A program made the position numbers and the translations under genes. From Candidatus Hermodarchaeota archaeon (lineage in GTDB: Archaea > Asgardarchaeota > Lokiarchaeia > Sigyniarchaeales > SOKP01), in contig JBHLLP010000005.1 of the NCBI GenBank assembly GCA_048885525.1, forward strand, positions 7,982 to 71,981: 64,000 nt of DNA, given 5' to 3'. Positions 1 through 9,850 of the stretch are shown in pieces (positions within the stretch are counted from its first letter, which is position 1; each line of letters begins with the position of its first letter). The notes below the pieces were generated by a model, which was not told the origin of the DNA, did no database searches, and saw only the letters and a list, made by a program, of their open reading frames with translations.

Positions 1-863
1 CTATAACTTCCTTTACGTTTTAATTCTTTGACTTTTTTTCCGTCATAAATGGTAAAGCTAATATTAAACTTATTCTGCATTTCAAATTGCCATTGTTTAA
101 CTAAAGATGCAGGAACGATTATTAATATGCGTTCCGCTAAATCTCTAGCCATCATTTCCTTGATGTAGATACCTGCTTCAATCGTTTTTCCAAGACCAAC
201 TTCATCCGCCAAAATTATCCTTGGAAAATGTTCTTCAGATAAACGATGTGTAACATTTATTTGGTGTGGCATTAACGATAAACGGGAATTTGTTATACAT
301 TTAATTTGATATGATTTGTAGTAAGAATAAAAGAGATTTGCCCAATATTTTACCAAAAAGTTCTTAGTAGGATCGAGTAACTGTTTTGAAATCAAACTTT
401 TTATGGGTGTCTCATATTTAGAATAAATCTCATTTTCAAAAATTTGAGAAACCTTTCCATTTTCCATTAAAAATTCATAGGAAATTACTCCATCTTTAAC
501 AAGAAAGTCCTTAGTATTAATATAACCTATTCCATGTTTAGTTACAATTTTATCATTAAGTTCAAAAATAAAATGGATAAGATCAACGGGATGAATTATT
601 TTTGTTATCTTATTTCTAAAAGATACTTTATATTTAGTGATAAAATGAGTATCTTCTTCATCTAAAGATTTTGATGTGGGGATTTCTATTTTTTTTATTA
701 TTCGCCCTACTCCCAAATCTGGATTTAACCTATATATTACTTGATTGCCTACATTAAACTTTTGTCCTTGACAATAGATATTGAAACATTTAGAAAACTT
801 TGACTCTAAATCCTTTCCGCAGAAACTGCAAGTATACTTAGGAGGATTTATCTCTAAAACCAT
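1..863 (-). CDS. SNF2-family (RapA/HepA-like) helicase, N-terminal part; gene runs off the left window edge
   Basis: Absent from the ORF track because it is open-ended. Manual reverse-strand translation from the ATG (complement of 861-863) is stop-free to position 1. It reads MVLEINPPKYTCSFCGKDL...LMPHQINVTHRLSEEHFPRIILADEVGLGKTIEAGIYIKEMM...IIVPASLVKQWQFEM, which gives SNF2 motifs I/Ia. A Cys-rich zinc-ribbon-like N-terminus is present. Confidence 0.8.
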   Translation of the reverse strand, partial: MVLEINPPKYTCSFCGKDLESKFSKCFNIYCQGQKFNVGNQVIYRLNPDLGVGRIIKKIEIPTSKSLDEEDTHFITKYKVSFRNKITKIIHPVDLIHFIFELNDKIVTKHGIGYINTKDFLVKDGVISYEFLMENGKVSQIFENEIYSKYETPIKSLISKQLLDPTKNFLVKYWANLFYSYYKSYQIKCITNSRLSLMPHQINVTHRLSEEHFPRIILADEVGLGKTIEAGIYIKEMMARDLAERILIIVPASLVKQWQFEMQNKFNISFTIYDGKKVKELKRKGSY

Positions 864-930
864 TATCTTTATATTTTATTTAATATAAAACCAACTAAAA
901 ATTTTAGCATTTAAATTCTGTGAGGATGAT

Positions 931-1797
931 TTGATGTCTGAAAAAAAAATAGAACCAACTTATATTGGTGAAAATAAAAGTCTAGTATTTGTAAATCCAA
1001 CGGAACTTTTTACAATGTTTTCTTCGAGAAGGGTGAAAGCAGATTCTGAAAATTCGGAATTATTAAATAAGTATGTAAAAAGTACTATTGAAGGATTACA
1101 GAATGGTATAAAAACAAAATATGGAAACGAAAATAACACAGAAACTCAAACATCACCTGATTTTTGGGATGAATTTGAAAAAAAAGTAAGAGACTTTGGA
1201 ATAGACTTTATTGGATATACTTCTGTAATTGAAAACTTTATTTTCTATAAGCTCACTATTTACGGTAAAAATGCTATTGTCCTTGGTATGGAACTTAAAA
1301 GTGATGGTATAAAAACCGCTCCGAATATTCTAAGCGCTATTGAATCCTTTAGAGTTTATAAGGAATTGGGTGAAAAGACTATTGAATTAACCAATTATTT
1401 AAAAAGCAAAGGATTTAAAAGTGAAGCACATCATCCCTTCGGCGGAAAACTTTTATATCCTCCTCATGCTGTTGAGGCAGGATTGGGAATAAAGGGGAGA
1501 AATGGTCTGGTATGTACGCCTGAATTCGGAATAAGACAACGTTGGTCCATGATTACTACTGATGCAGTGATTCCGAACACTATCAAAAGAAATTTTACCG
1601 AATTGGAAAATTTTTGCCAAGACTGTGGAGAATGTATAAGCAACTGCTTAGGTGAAGCCGCTTATAAGGAACCTATTGAAAAGGTGAAAGGCTCAGGAGT
1701 TATTACACATATAGAACGTTCAAAATGCACGCAAAGTATGTTAAATAATAATTATTGTAGCGTATGTTTAAAAGCATGTCCACAAGGACATCTTTAA
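931..1797 (+). CDS. QueG / reductive-dehalogenase-like Fe-S protein (epoxyqueuosine reductase family); likely ATG start at 934
   Basis: AGLGIKGRNGLVCTPEFGIRQRWSMITTD resembles the QueG/RdhA core. Cluster motifs are CQDCGECISNC and CSVCLKACP. GAGGA lies just upstream of the ATG. Confidence 0.55.
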   Translation: MMSEKKIEPTYIGENKSLVFVNPTELFTMFSSRRVKADSENSELLNKYVKSTIEGLQNGIKTKYGNENNTETQTSPDFWDEFEKKVRDFGIDFIGYTSVIENFIFYKLTIYGKNAIVLGMELKSDGIKTAPNILSAIESFRVYKELGEKTIELTNYLKSKGFKSEAHHPFGGKLLYPPHAVEAGLGIKGRNGLVCTPEFGIRQRWSMITTDAVIPNTIKRNFTELENFCQDCGECISNCLGEAAYKEPIEKVKGSGVITHIERSKCTQSMLNNNYCSVCLKACPQGHL

Positions 1798-1900
1798 AAA
1801 TATCTAATATAATTTTTCGATAAACAAAATATAATAGTTATATTCAAATTAGAACAATTTTTTTTATAAACTATAAAAAATCTAATTTTCTTAAATCGAA

Positions 1901-4663
1901 ATGACTGAATCTGATAAAAAAGCAGCTGGTGATAAAATCAAGGGAACAACTTCAATAGAGTTGCTTAAAAAAGTAAATACTGCTGCTAACTATTGTTATA
2001 ATTGTAATCGTTGTAATAATGTATGCCCAACCGCTTTTCTTGATATATTTTATCCTCGTAGCCTAATTACTGATTTAACTTTTCTCACACCAGAAGAGGC
2101 ATTACAGAATAATGATATTTGGAAATGTCTTACCTGTGGTTTATGTTCCATTTATTGTCCTATGACTAAAGAAAATACTGGAGTCAATTTCAATCAAATC
2201 ATTAAGGATCTCCGCTCCCTTGCTTCAGAGTATAAACCATTACAAGATGGATTGTTAAGCTGTAATCATGAAAGAGTGTATTCGAGTTTACCAAAATTAA
2301 TGGCTGAAGATAAAATCAAATTTACGAATAAAATAGGATTTCTAAAGGGAACAGGATTAAAGACAGCCGAAAAAGGAGAAATTGGTTATTTTATGGGATG
2401 TGTACCATTCTTATCAGGGACTGCTCCCTGTGTCGTTGGATGTCCTGCTGGAGTTGACGTCCAAGGTTATGTATCATTAATAGCAGAGGGTAAATACCAA
2501 GAAGCTTTAGATCTTATAAGAGAAACAAATCCATTGCCCTATTTATGTGGAAGAATTTGTACAGCTCAATGCGCATTAAATTGTAATCGTCAGCATTTAG
2601 ATGATCCAATAGCTATCCGTGAACTTAAACGTTTTGTTTGCGATTGGGAATCTAACCATCCAAATCAGAGTAAAATAAAACCAGTACCCCAAACTAAAGA
2701 AAAAGTTGCTATAATTGGAGCTGGGCCAGGTGGATTATCAGCAGCGTATTTTCTCGCAAGAATGGGATATAAACCAACAGTTTTCGAAAAAGGTGATAAA
2801 ACTGGAGGAGTGGTAAGATATGGAGTTCCACAATATAGGCTTTCTGATGAGGCTCTTGATTATGATGTAGAATTTATAAAAAGTATGGGAGTAGAAATTG
2901 TTTTAAAGAAAGAATTTGGACCAGATTTCACCTTGGAAGACATTTGGGAGCAAGGATTCAAAGCCGTCTTTTTAGCAGTAGGATTATATGTCCCGAAAAC
3001 TTTAAGACTTGAAGGGGAAGATTTGCCTAACGTCGATGTGGGATTAGATTTTCTTTTAGAACGAAAATATAAATGTTCAGAAAACCCAGAAGAATTTAAA
3101 GGTAAAACATTTGGTATTTTAGGAGGTGGTGCTGTTGCTGTGGATGTTGGAGAAACTGTTCTTCGATTAGGCGCAACTAAAGCTCATCTTGTAGATATAT
3201 TATCTGAAGAAGCTTTAAAAAATGTACTTAAAGACATACATGAAGCTGAAAAAGAAGTAATGCAGTATCATTTTGAGACATCAACAGTAAAAATAACTAA
3301 AGAACCAGATGGAAGATTAGCCTTAAATTGTCATAAAATTGAATGGGGTAAGCCTGATCCCAAAACTGGAAGACGACCCCTCAATAAAATCGAAGGTTCA
3401 GAGTTTAAAATTGTTGTTGACCGTGTTGTAATAGCTATAGGTCAGGCGCTTGATCCAGAACCACTCCTTGCCGCAACGGATAACCAATTAAAAGTTGAAA
3501 GGGGTAAAATTGTAGTTGATGATTTAACTTACGAAACGGGTATTCCAGGATTTTTTGCTGGCGGTGATATTATTTATAGTTCATTAATGTGTGCTGTTGA
3601 TGCTATTGGAGATGGTAGAGAAGCAGCTTATACAATTGATCGTTATCTTCGAGGTCTCGATTTAAAAGAAGGAAGAATAAGAAAGAATGATCTAAAAAGG
3701 TCCACTATTCCTAAAAAATATATCCTCACTCAATCATGTCAAGACATGAATTTCATGCCTAGTTCTGAGAGATTAGTCTGCTTTGACGAGATGGAATTAG
3801 GTTTTACTGAAGAACAAGCCAAAAAAGAAGCTAATCGATGTTTAAACTGTAATTGTTGTTGTAATACTGACCAGATACCTGAAGATTTTGAAAAAGCACT
3901 AGACGATTCAGATGTTATGGTATGCGATTATGGAAGTCAAGATACTTGGTCCTCAATAAATGCACCTAATTATTATGAGATACCCAAGAGTGTAATTGGT
4001 CTATTAAATCAAAATGATATAATTCCAGTTGTTCTACCACAAGAAAAATGCTGTGGACATGATAGTGTTTGGCAAGGAGATGTAGGTACATTTAAAGCTT
4101 TAGCAGAATATAATATAAAATTATTTAAAGATGCTGGAGTCAAAACTATAATCTTTAGTTGCGCTGAAGGATATTATACATGGAAAAATGATTATAAAAA
4201 GCTATTTGAAGGTAATAATGAGTTTGATTTTGAGATTTATCATATTACTGAATATATTCTTAAAAAAAATCTCTTAGAAAATATAACATTTCCAACTTTT
4301 GACAAAATCAAAGCGACTTACCATGATCCATGTAGACTTGGGAGATTGAGCAATATTTTCGATGCACCACGCGATGTATTGAAACTTATACCTTCTGTTG
4401 AATTAGTTGAAATGGAAGATTCTAAGCAAGATGCAGATTGTTGTGGCGTTTCTGCATATATTTCTTGCAATCAAGATTCAAAAAAATTCCAGGAGAATAA
4501 GATTTTGCAGGCGATAGAAACTGGAGCAGAATACCTTATTACCGCATGCCCTAAATGTATTACCCATTTAAATTGTTATCTGAATGAAAATAGAGAATTA
4601 AAAAATAAAATAAAAGTCACAGATATTTTAAGTTTCATTGGAAAATTACTCTTTCTACTTTAA
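1901..4663 (+). CDS. Fusion oxidoreductase: HdrC-like 2x[4Fe-4S] + GltD/NfnB-like FAD/NAD(P)H module + HdrB-like CCG domains
   Basis: HdrC-like motifs: CYNCNRCNNVCP and CLTCGLCSIYCP. GltD-type motifs: CVVGCPAGVDVQGY...LCGRICTAQCALNCNR, KVAIIGAGPGGLSAAYFLA, GILGGGAVAVD, FFAGGDI. CCG-type motifs: EKCCGHDS, DPCRLGR, DCCGVSAY, ACPKC. Confidence 0.75.
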   Translation: MTESDKKAAGDKIKGTTSIELLKKVNTAANYCYNCNRCNNVCPTAFLDIFYPRSLITDLTFLTPEEALQNNDIWKCLTCGLCSIYCPMTKENTGVNFNQIIKDLRSLASEYKPLQDGLLSCNHERVYSSLPKLMAEDKIKFTNKIGFLKGTGLKTAEKGEIGYFMGCVPFLSGTAPCVVGCPAGVDVQGYVSLIAEGKYQEALDLIRETNPLPYLCGRICTAQCALNCNRQHLDDPIAIRELKRFVCDWESNHPNQSKIKPVPQTKEKVAIIGAGPGGLSAAYFLARMGYKPTVFEKGDKTGGVVRYGVPQYRLSDEALDYDVEFIKSMGVEIVLKKEFGPDFTLEDIWEQGFKAVFLAVGLYVPKTLRLEGEDLPNVDVGLDFLLERKYKCSENPEEFKGKTFGILGGGAVAVDVGETVLRLGATKAHLVDILSEEALKNVLKDIHEAEKEVMQYHFETSTVKITKEPDGRLALNCHKIEWGKPDPKTGRRPLNKIEGSEFKIVVDRVVIAIGQALDPEPLLAATDNQLKVERGKIVVDDLTYETGIPGFFAGGDIIYSSLMCAVDAIGDGREAAYTIDRYLRGLDLKEGRIRKNDLKRSTIPKKYILTQSCQDMNFMPSSERLVCFDEMELGFTEEQAKKEANRCLNCNCCCNTDQIPEDFEKALDDSDVMVCDYGSQDTWSSINAPNYYEIPKSVIGLLNQNDIIPVVLPQEKCCGHDSVWQGDVGTFKALAEYNIKLFKDAGVKTIIFSCAEGYYTWKNDYKKLFEGNNEFDFEIYHITEYILKKNLLENITFPTFDKIKATYHDPCRLGRLSNIFDAPRDVLKLIPSVELVEMEDSKQDADCCGVSAYISCNQDSKKFQENKILQAIETGAEYLITACPKCITHLNCYLNENRELKNKIKVTDILSFIGKLLFLL

Positions 4664-4668
4664 ATTAT
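4622..4668 (+). repeat. Direct repeat copy A1: last 13 codons + stop of the 1901..4663 gene plus start of the 3' flank
   Basis: Hand alignment with 6575..6621 gives about 36 of 47 nt identical. Encodes DILSFIGKLLFLL*, compared with DLVSFIGKLLFLV* in the other copy. Confidence 0.8.
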
Positions 4669-4771
4669 TACTATTTCAATATTTTTAGTACTAATATTTT
4701 TAACTTTATATATAAACTTAAAAAGAATAATAACTTAAAGTAATGTCAAAGGGTAATTTTCAAAAAAATTA

Positions 4772-6565
4772 TTGATAATTATGAGTGAAAACGAAATAGC
4801 ATGGGATTTAAGCGAAATATTTTCAAGTTGTGACGACCCTAAAATTTCAAGTACTATGAGTACACTTTTGGAACAAGCAGATGAACTTGCTAATGAATTT
4901 AAAGGAAAAATGAACTTACCCTCGTTTTCAGCACAAAATTTAAATGTTCTCTTAGAAAAACAAGAAAAAATTCTAGCTTGTGTTGAAGAAATTGAAACTT
5001 TTTCATTCAACTCATTCTATGCTAATATGATGTTGCCTGAAACTAAGGCTTTGTATAATAAATTTATTGATTTTAAAGGTACGATAACCAAGAAATTAGC
5101 ATTCCTCGAATTAGAAATCGGTAAGCTTCTTAGCAACAATCCGCAGATGCTAGAGGAGGAAATATTAAGTAATTATAGAAATTATCTTAGAAAAATAATG
5201 AGAAAGTTTCCTTATAAGCTGACGGAAACAGAAGAACAGTTAATTCTAGAAAAAGATCAGTATGGGGTCAAGGCATGGCAGCAATTAAGAGATTCTTGGA
5301 TAAGTGGGCAAAAATTTAAAGTTATTGTTGAGGGGAAGGAAGAAATAATATCTCCTAGTGAAGTATTTTCATTAATGCGACATCCCGATAGACAAACTAG
5401 AACGTCCGTCTTCCATGCAAATTGTGAATTCTTGAAAGACAATGAAAGAGTATATTCAACAGCATTACGTAGTATCTGTGGTGATTGGGTAAAAACTTCA
5501 AATCATAGACATTATGATAGTCCAATCCATCAAAGTCTTATTGAAAATGAGACTACTCGAAAAATCATTGACAGTATGATGAAATCAGTCGAGGAAAGCA
5601 TTGATTTATGGCAAAGGTTCTTAAAAATCAAAAAAAACCTGTTCGATCTACCAAAACTGGGTGGTGTAGATACATGGGCGCGTTTACCTTCAAAGAAAAA
5701 ATATTCATGGGAGGAAGCAAAGGAATTCATAATTCAAGTATATAATACGTTTGATCTTTCATTCGGAGAAATTGTAAGAGATATTTTCAACAGAAATCAT
5801 ATAGATGCTAGTGCTCGAGAAGGGAAAGCAAGCATGATTTACTGTCAAGAATGGTATAATGGAAAATCAGCTTTTATTTTAACCACCTTTAAAGGAACTC
5901 TAGGAGACATTGTTCCACTTGCTCACGAGTTAGGACATGGAATTCATTTTTATTTATCTTCTCGAAATCAATCATTTATAAATTATTTTCCAACCTTAAC
6001 AGTGATGGAGACCGCTTCAATTTTTGGTGAATTATTAATGACAGACTTCTTACTTAAAAACACTCAGTTAACCAGTGAAAAAGTAGCATTGCTTTATAAT
6101 CAACTAAATTGGGTTGGAATTACTATTTTCCTACTAAGTGCAAGAATGTGGTTTGAACAGAGTATTTATGATGCAATTATGAATGGAGAATTTTTAGATG
6201 GAGAATTGATTTCAAAGTATTGGTGTATTGCCAGAGATAAGATTTATGGAGATTCTGTAGAGTGGTTTGATGAGATGAAATGGGAATGGGCTGCTGTGAC
6301 GCATTATTTCCTAACAGATAGAAGATTCTACAATTATCCATATGTTTATGCCCAGCTTTTTGTTTATGCATTATACCAAACTTACAAAAAAGAAGGCGAA
6401 GCATTCGTTCCAAAATTTAAAAAACTTTTAAGCGCTGGGAGCAGTTTATCTCCCGATGAGCTAGGTAAGATCGTGGGTTTGGATGTAACTAAACCTGATT
6501 TTTGGAAACATGGAATGAAACAATATAAGCAATTTGTAGATGAGTTAGAAAAACTTACAAAATAA
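4772..6565 (+). CDS. pepF: Oligoendopeptidase F (M3B metallopeptidase); likely ATG start at 4781
   Basis: HELGHGIH zinc motif. Length of about 595 aa and overall M3B-like sequence pattern. Confidence 0.85.
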   Translation: MIIMSENEIAWDLSEIFSSCDDPKISSTMSTLLEQADELANEFKGKMNLPSFSAQNLNVLLEKQEKILACVEEIETFSFNSFYANMMLPETKALYNKFIDFKGTITKKLAFLELEIGKLLSNNPQMLEEEILSNYRNYLRKIMRKFPYKLTETEEQLILEKDQYGVKAWQQLRDSWISGQKFKVIVEGKEEIISPSEVFSLMRHPDRQTRTSVFHANCEFLKDNERVYSTALRSICGDWVKTSNHRHYDSPIHQSLIENETTRKIIDSMMKSVEESIDLWQRFLKIKKNLFDLPKLGGVDTWARLPSKKKYSWEEAKEFIIQVYNTFDLSFGEIVRDIFNRNHIDASAREGKASMIYCQEWYNGKSAFILTTFKGTLGDIVPLAHELGHGIHFYLSSRNQSFINYFPTLTVMETASIFGELLMTDFLLKNTQLTSEKVALLYNQLNWVGITIFLLSARMWFEQSIYDAIMNGEFLDGELISKYWCIARDKIYGDSVEWFDEMKWEWAAVTHYFLTDRRFYNYPYVYAQLFVYALYQTYKKEGEAFVPKFKKLLSAGSSLSPDELGKIVGLDVTKPDFWKHGMKQYKQFVDELEKLTK

Positions 6566-6574
6566 CTGATAATC

Positions 6575-6621
6575 GATCTTGTTAGCTTTATCGGAAAACT
6601 ACTCTTTTTAGTTTAATTTAT
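6575..6621 (+). repeat. Direct repeat copy B1: orphan duplicate of the 3' end of the 1901..4663 gene
   Basis: gat ctt gtt agc ttt atc gga aaa cta ctc ttt tta gtt taa encodes DLVSFIGKLLFLV*. It starts 9 nt after the pepF stop and is in the pepF frame. Confidence 0.8.
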
Positions 6622-6805
6622 CTATATAATATATTTTATTTACAAATTTGTAAATTCATTGACTTCAAATTACTCTTTATTCTCTATGTTTTATGTTTAG
6701 ATATTTTAAACAGAGACTTTTTTGGACTTAAGAAGAAACCTAATAAATATTGATACTTTATTTTTTCATAATTATTTTCTATCAAAAAATAACTCATAAA
6801 TAATA

Positions 6806-8743
6806 GTGAATTTTGAAATGAGTAAAACTAAGGAAATAGCAGTTCCTGATAAAGTAAAAGGTTTTACCCAAGTTCGACTTGACGTTGATCTAACAGATGG
6901 AAAAATTAGCAAAAGCGCATTATCTAATGAATTCTGTCGCGATTGGATTGGCGGTTACGGTTTCGGTGCAAAAATTCTTTGGGATGAATGTCCTGCTGGT
7001 GTAGACCCATTAAGCCCTGATAATGTTTTCGTTTATGCACAAGGGCCCTTTCCAGGAACAATCTTACCTACTTCTAGTAAATATGGAGTATTTGCTAAGT
7101 CCCCCTTAACAGGAATGTTTGGGATGGCAATCTCTTCTGGATCTGTTGCTGCTCAAGCTAGACGTGCTGGAATTAATACGATTGTGGTTAAAGGTAAAGC
7201 ATCAGAACCTGTTTATATGGTTGTTGATGATGATGATTATTATTTAGTACAATGTAAAGATACATTATGGGGGAAAGGATGCTGGGAAACAGAAGAAATT
7301 CTGAGAGATGAATTTCAGGATCATCGTCTTGGAATACTGACTATTGGTCCAGGAGGAGAACGCGGAGGTCATATGGGATGTATTACTAATGATCGCAATA
7401 GACAAGCTGGAAGAACTGGAATGGGTGCAATTATGGGCTCAAAGAATCTTAAAGCGATATGTTTTAGAGGAACCAAAGGGATTAGTGTTGCTCGTCCTGT
7501 TGAATTCTTTAAATTAGCAAAAAAGTTAATAAAAGTAGCAAATGGACCTGCTACTGCTAAATATCGTGATTTAGGCACACCTGCCGGTATAACCAGTTAT
7601 AACAAGCTTGGAATGATGCCCACTTTTAATCATCGTGAAGGCACATGGGACAAAGTTGACGATGGAACCTTTACAGGTGATACACTTAATCAAGATTGGG
7701 TTGTAAAGAAAGTTGCGTGTTCTCAATGTTCTATAGCTTGTGATCACATAACGAAGATACCAAAAGATCATCCACATTGGCCTAATCTCTATTCAAGTAT
7801 CGATCAAGAATTATGTTATAGTTTTGGATCTGCATGTGGAAACTATGATTGGCCAACTGTATTCAAATGTGTGTCATTAACTGATGATTTAGGTGTTGAT
7901 GCAATAAGTGCGGGAGTAACAGCCGCAATGGCATGTGAATGCTATGAAGAAGGGATTATAACAAAAGATGATTTAGGTTATGAATTACCTTTTGGATCTA
8001 CAGTTAATCTCGTAAGATTCACAGAAGAGATGATTCTTGGTAAGGGATTTGCAGGTAAGATTTTTGGAGATGGAACACGTGAAGCGGGAAAACGTTTAGA
8101 AGAAATGGGTAGAAAAAATGCAAGCTACTATGGTATGCATATTAAAGGCTTGGAAATACCCGCTTTTGATGTTCATGGTATGAATAGTTTTGCAGTTGGA
8201 ATGAGTGTATCTATTCGCGGTGCATGTCATCTAAGGAATGGTTCTTATGGACTTGATGCTAAAGGTAATTTTGACCGGTTCGGTTATGACAAACCTGTTG
8301 AAAGAGGTAAAGCAATTAAAGATTTAGAGGATATCTATGCCATTATTGATTCTTATATAGTGTGTAAATTTACTCGAGGTATTTATGAAAATGACGCTGA
8401 AATGGCTAAAGTATTTGAATTAGTTACAGGAATCCCCGTAACTGATAAATTTATAGCACATAGAGGAGACGCAATTGTTACACTTTCGAAGTGCTTTAAT
8501 ATTCGAGAAGGATGGACTAGAGACGATGATAAACCTCCCGAGCGATTCTTCAAGCAACCACATACAAAGGGACCAGCTAAGGGAGTTACTTTAAAGGAAG
8601 ATGGCTATCAGAAACTTTTGAGTGGTTATTATGAAGCTCGAGGCTGGGACACTAAGACAGGGATTCCAACTGATGCAACTTTGAAATCTCTTGGATTAGA
8701 TTTTGTAATTGGTAAATTAAATGTCGCGGGAGGGAAGAAATAA
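6806..8743 (+). CDS. aor: Aldehyde:ferredoxin oxidoreductase family (tungstopterin enzyme)
   Basis: Typical AOR N-terminus (VRLDVDLTDGKI...DWIGGYGFGAKILWDE), about 640 aa, AOR-like sequence throughout. Start is GTG at 6806 or ATG at 6818. Confidence 0.9.
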   Translation: MNFEMSKTKEIAVPDKVKGFTQVRLDVDLTDGKISKSALSNEFCRDWIGGYGFGAKILWDECPAGVDPLSPDNVFVYAQGPFPGTILPTSSKYGVFAKSPLTGMFGMAISSGSVAAQARRAGINTIVVKGKASEPVYMVVDDDDYYLVQCKDTLWGKGCWETEEILRDEFQDHRLGILTIGPGGERGGHMGCITNDRNRQAGRTGMGAIMGSKNLKAICFRGTKGISVARPVEFFKLAKKLIKVANGPATAKYRDLGTPAGITSYNKLGMMPTFNHREGTWDKVDDGTFTGDTLNQDWVVKKVACSQCSIACDHITKIPKDHPHWPNLYSSIDQELCYSFGSACGNYDWPTVFKCVSLTDDLGVDAISAGVTAAMACECYEEGIITKDDLGYELPFGSTVNLVRFTEEMILGKGFAGKIFGDGTREAGKRLEEMGRKNASYYGMHIKGLEIPAFDVHGMNSFAVGMSVSIRGACHLRNGSYGLDAKGNFDRFGYDKPVERGKAIKDLEDIYAIIDSYIVCKFTRGIYENDAEMAKVFELVTGIPVTDKFIAHRGDAIVTLSKCFNIREGWTRDDDKPPERFFKQPHTKGPAKGVTLKEDGYQKLLSGYYEARGWDTKTGIPTDATLKSLGLDFVIGKLNVAGGKK

Positions 8744-9304
8744 ATGTCAAAAGCCAAAACAACTAAAAAAAGAGGTGGGGTAGTTCACCAATTTATCATT
8801 GTCGATCCAAATTTGTGCACTGGTTGCGAAACTTGTGAATCAGTGTGTTCATTTGTTCATGATGGAGAGTTTAACCCTATTAATACGAGAATTCACAGAG
8901 TAAGAATTGAACCCATCTTAAATGTAGCATTAGCATGTCAGAAGTGCGATGATGCTCCATGTGTTCGAAGTTGTCCAGAAAAAGCCTTAGAACAAGATAA
9001 AGAAACAGGTTCAATTATCGTTGATGATGACAAATGTAATGGATGTGCTTTTTGTATTCGTGCGTGTGATTTTGGTGTTCTAAGCTTACATATTCAATCT
9101 CAGAAGGCTCTAATTTGTGATCTTTGTGAAACAATGAAGGATGATTATATAGATCCTGAAAGGGGTGAAAAATATCCTGCTTGTATCGATGTCTGTCCAA
9201 AAGAAGCTATCTCATTAAAAGATGTAGAACAAATTGGTGAAGAGAAACGAATTGATGCGGTAAAACGACTTTTTGGAGATATTCTAAAAGAAACTGAAGG
9301 TTAA
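8744..9304 (+). CDS. 4Fe-4S dicluster ferredoxin-type subunit, translationally coupled to aor
   Basis: Motifs CTGCETCESVC, CQKCDDAPCVRSCP, CNGCAFCIRAC, CDLCE...CIDVCP. The start abuts the aor stop. Confidence 0.8.
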   Translation: MSKAKTTKKRGGVVHQFIIVDPNLCTGCETCESVCSFVHDGEFNPINTRIHRVRIEPILNVALACQKCDDAPCVRSCPEKALEQDKETGSIIVDDDKCNGCAFCIRACDFGVLSLHIQSQKALICDLCETMKDDYIDPERGEKYPACIDVCPKEAISLKDVEQIGEEKRIDAVKRLFGDILKETEG

Positions 9305-9335
9305 ATAATATCTTTTTATTCTTTATTTTTTTATA
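9279..9335 (+). repeat. Direct repeat copy A3: 3' end of the 8744..9304 gene plus 3' flank
   Basis: atatt..aaagaaactgaagGttaaat...tttttatt..tttat..ttttttt recurs at 9851..9905. Confidence 0.7.
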
Positions 9336-9528
9336 GATTTAATATGAAAGACTTTAAGATTATTTTATCGATAAAATGTATAGAACTATATCAAGATTAA
9401 TCTAATTATGTAAATGAGTCTTGGTACTTCAAGATTCTTGATTGTTTAACCAGAACATTTATATATTGAAATAAGTTCTTATACTTTTGAAAAATTTAAA
9501 AAAATATTTTTTGAAGGACAGTTAAACT

Positions 9529-9840
9529 ATGGACCCAGGTCTCATTGGGCTTATTGTTGGCATCGTAGGTTCAGCTATCGGAGTGTTAGGGGGCGTTATT
9601 GGAATTTATCTATCTATTAAACGCACAAAAACCACCGCTGAGCGAAAATTTGTAATTAAATGCACTCTGGCTGCGTGGATAGCGGTCACTCTGTTAATAA
9701 TTTTACCACTTTTACTTTCTCTTGCTGGATTAATTCCACAATGGATTTATTGGATAGCATCAATCTTGTTTTATATCTTGCTTATATCATCAATCTTCTG
9801 GGCAAATAAGTATCAAGCGACACTACGAGAGCAACACTAA
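9529..9840 (+). CDS. Small integral membrane protein (3 predicted TM helices), unknown function
   Basis: 103-aa ORF with three long hydrophobic segments. No family recognised. Confidence 0.5.
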   Translation: MDPGLIGLIVGIVGSAIGVLGGVIGIYLSIKRTKTTAERKFVIKCTLAAWIAVTLLIILPLLLSLAGLIPQWIYWIASILFYILLISSIFWANKYQATLREQH

Positions 9841-9850
9841 GTCTCAGTCA

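Noticed and set aside
6563-6616. Stop-codon readthrough of pepF (and of 9529..9840) into the in-frame duplicated tails.
   Set aside because: The in-frame arrangement is real, but the stops are TAA with no recoding signal that I can see. The tails are clearly copies of the neighbouring gene ends, so an insertion footprint is the more economical explanation. Readthrough cannot be excluded without data.
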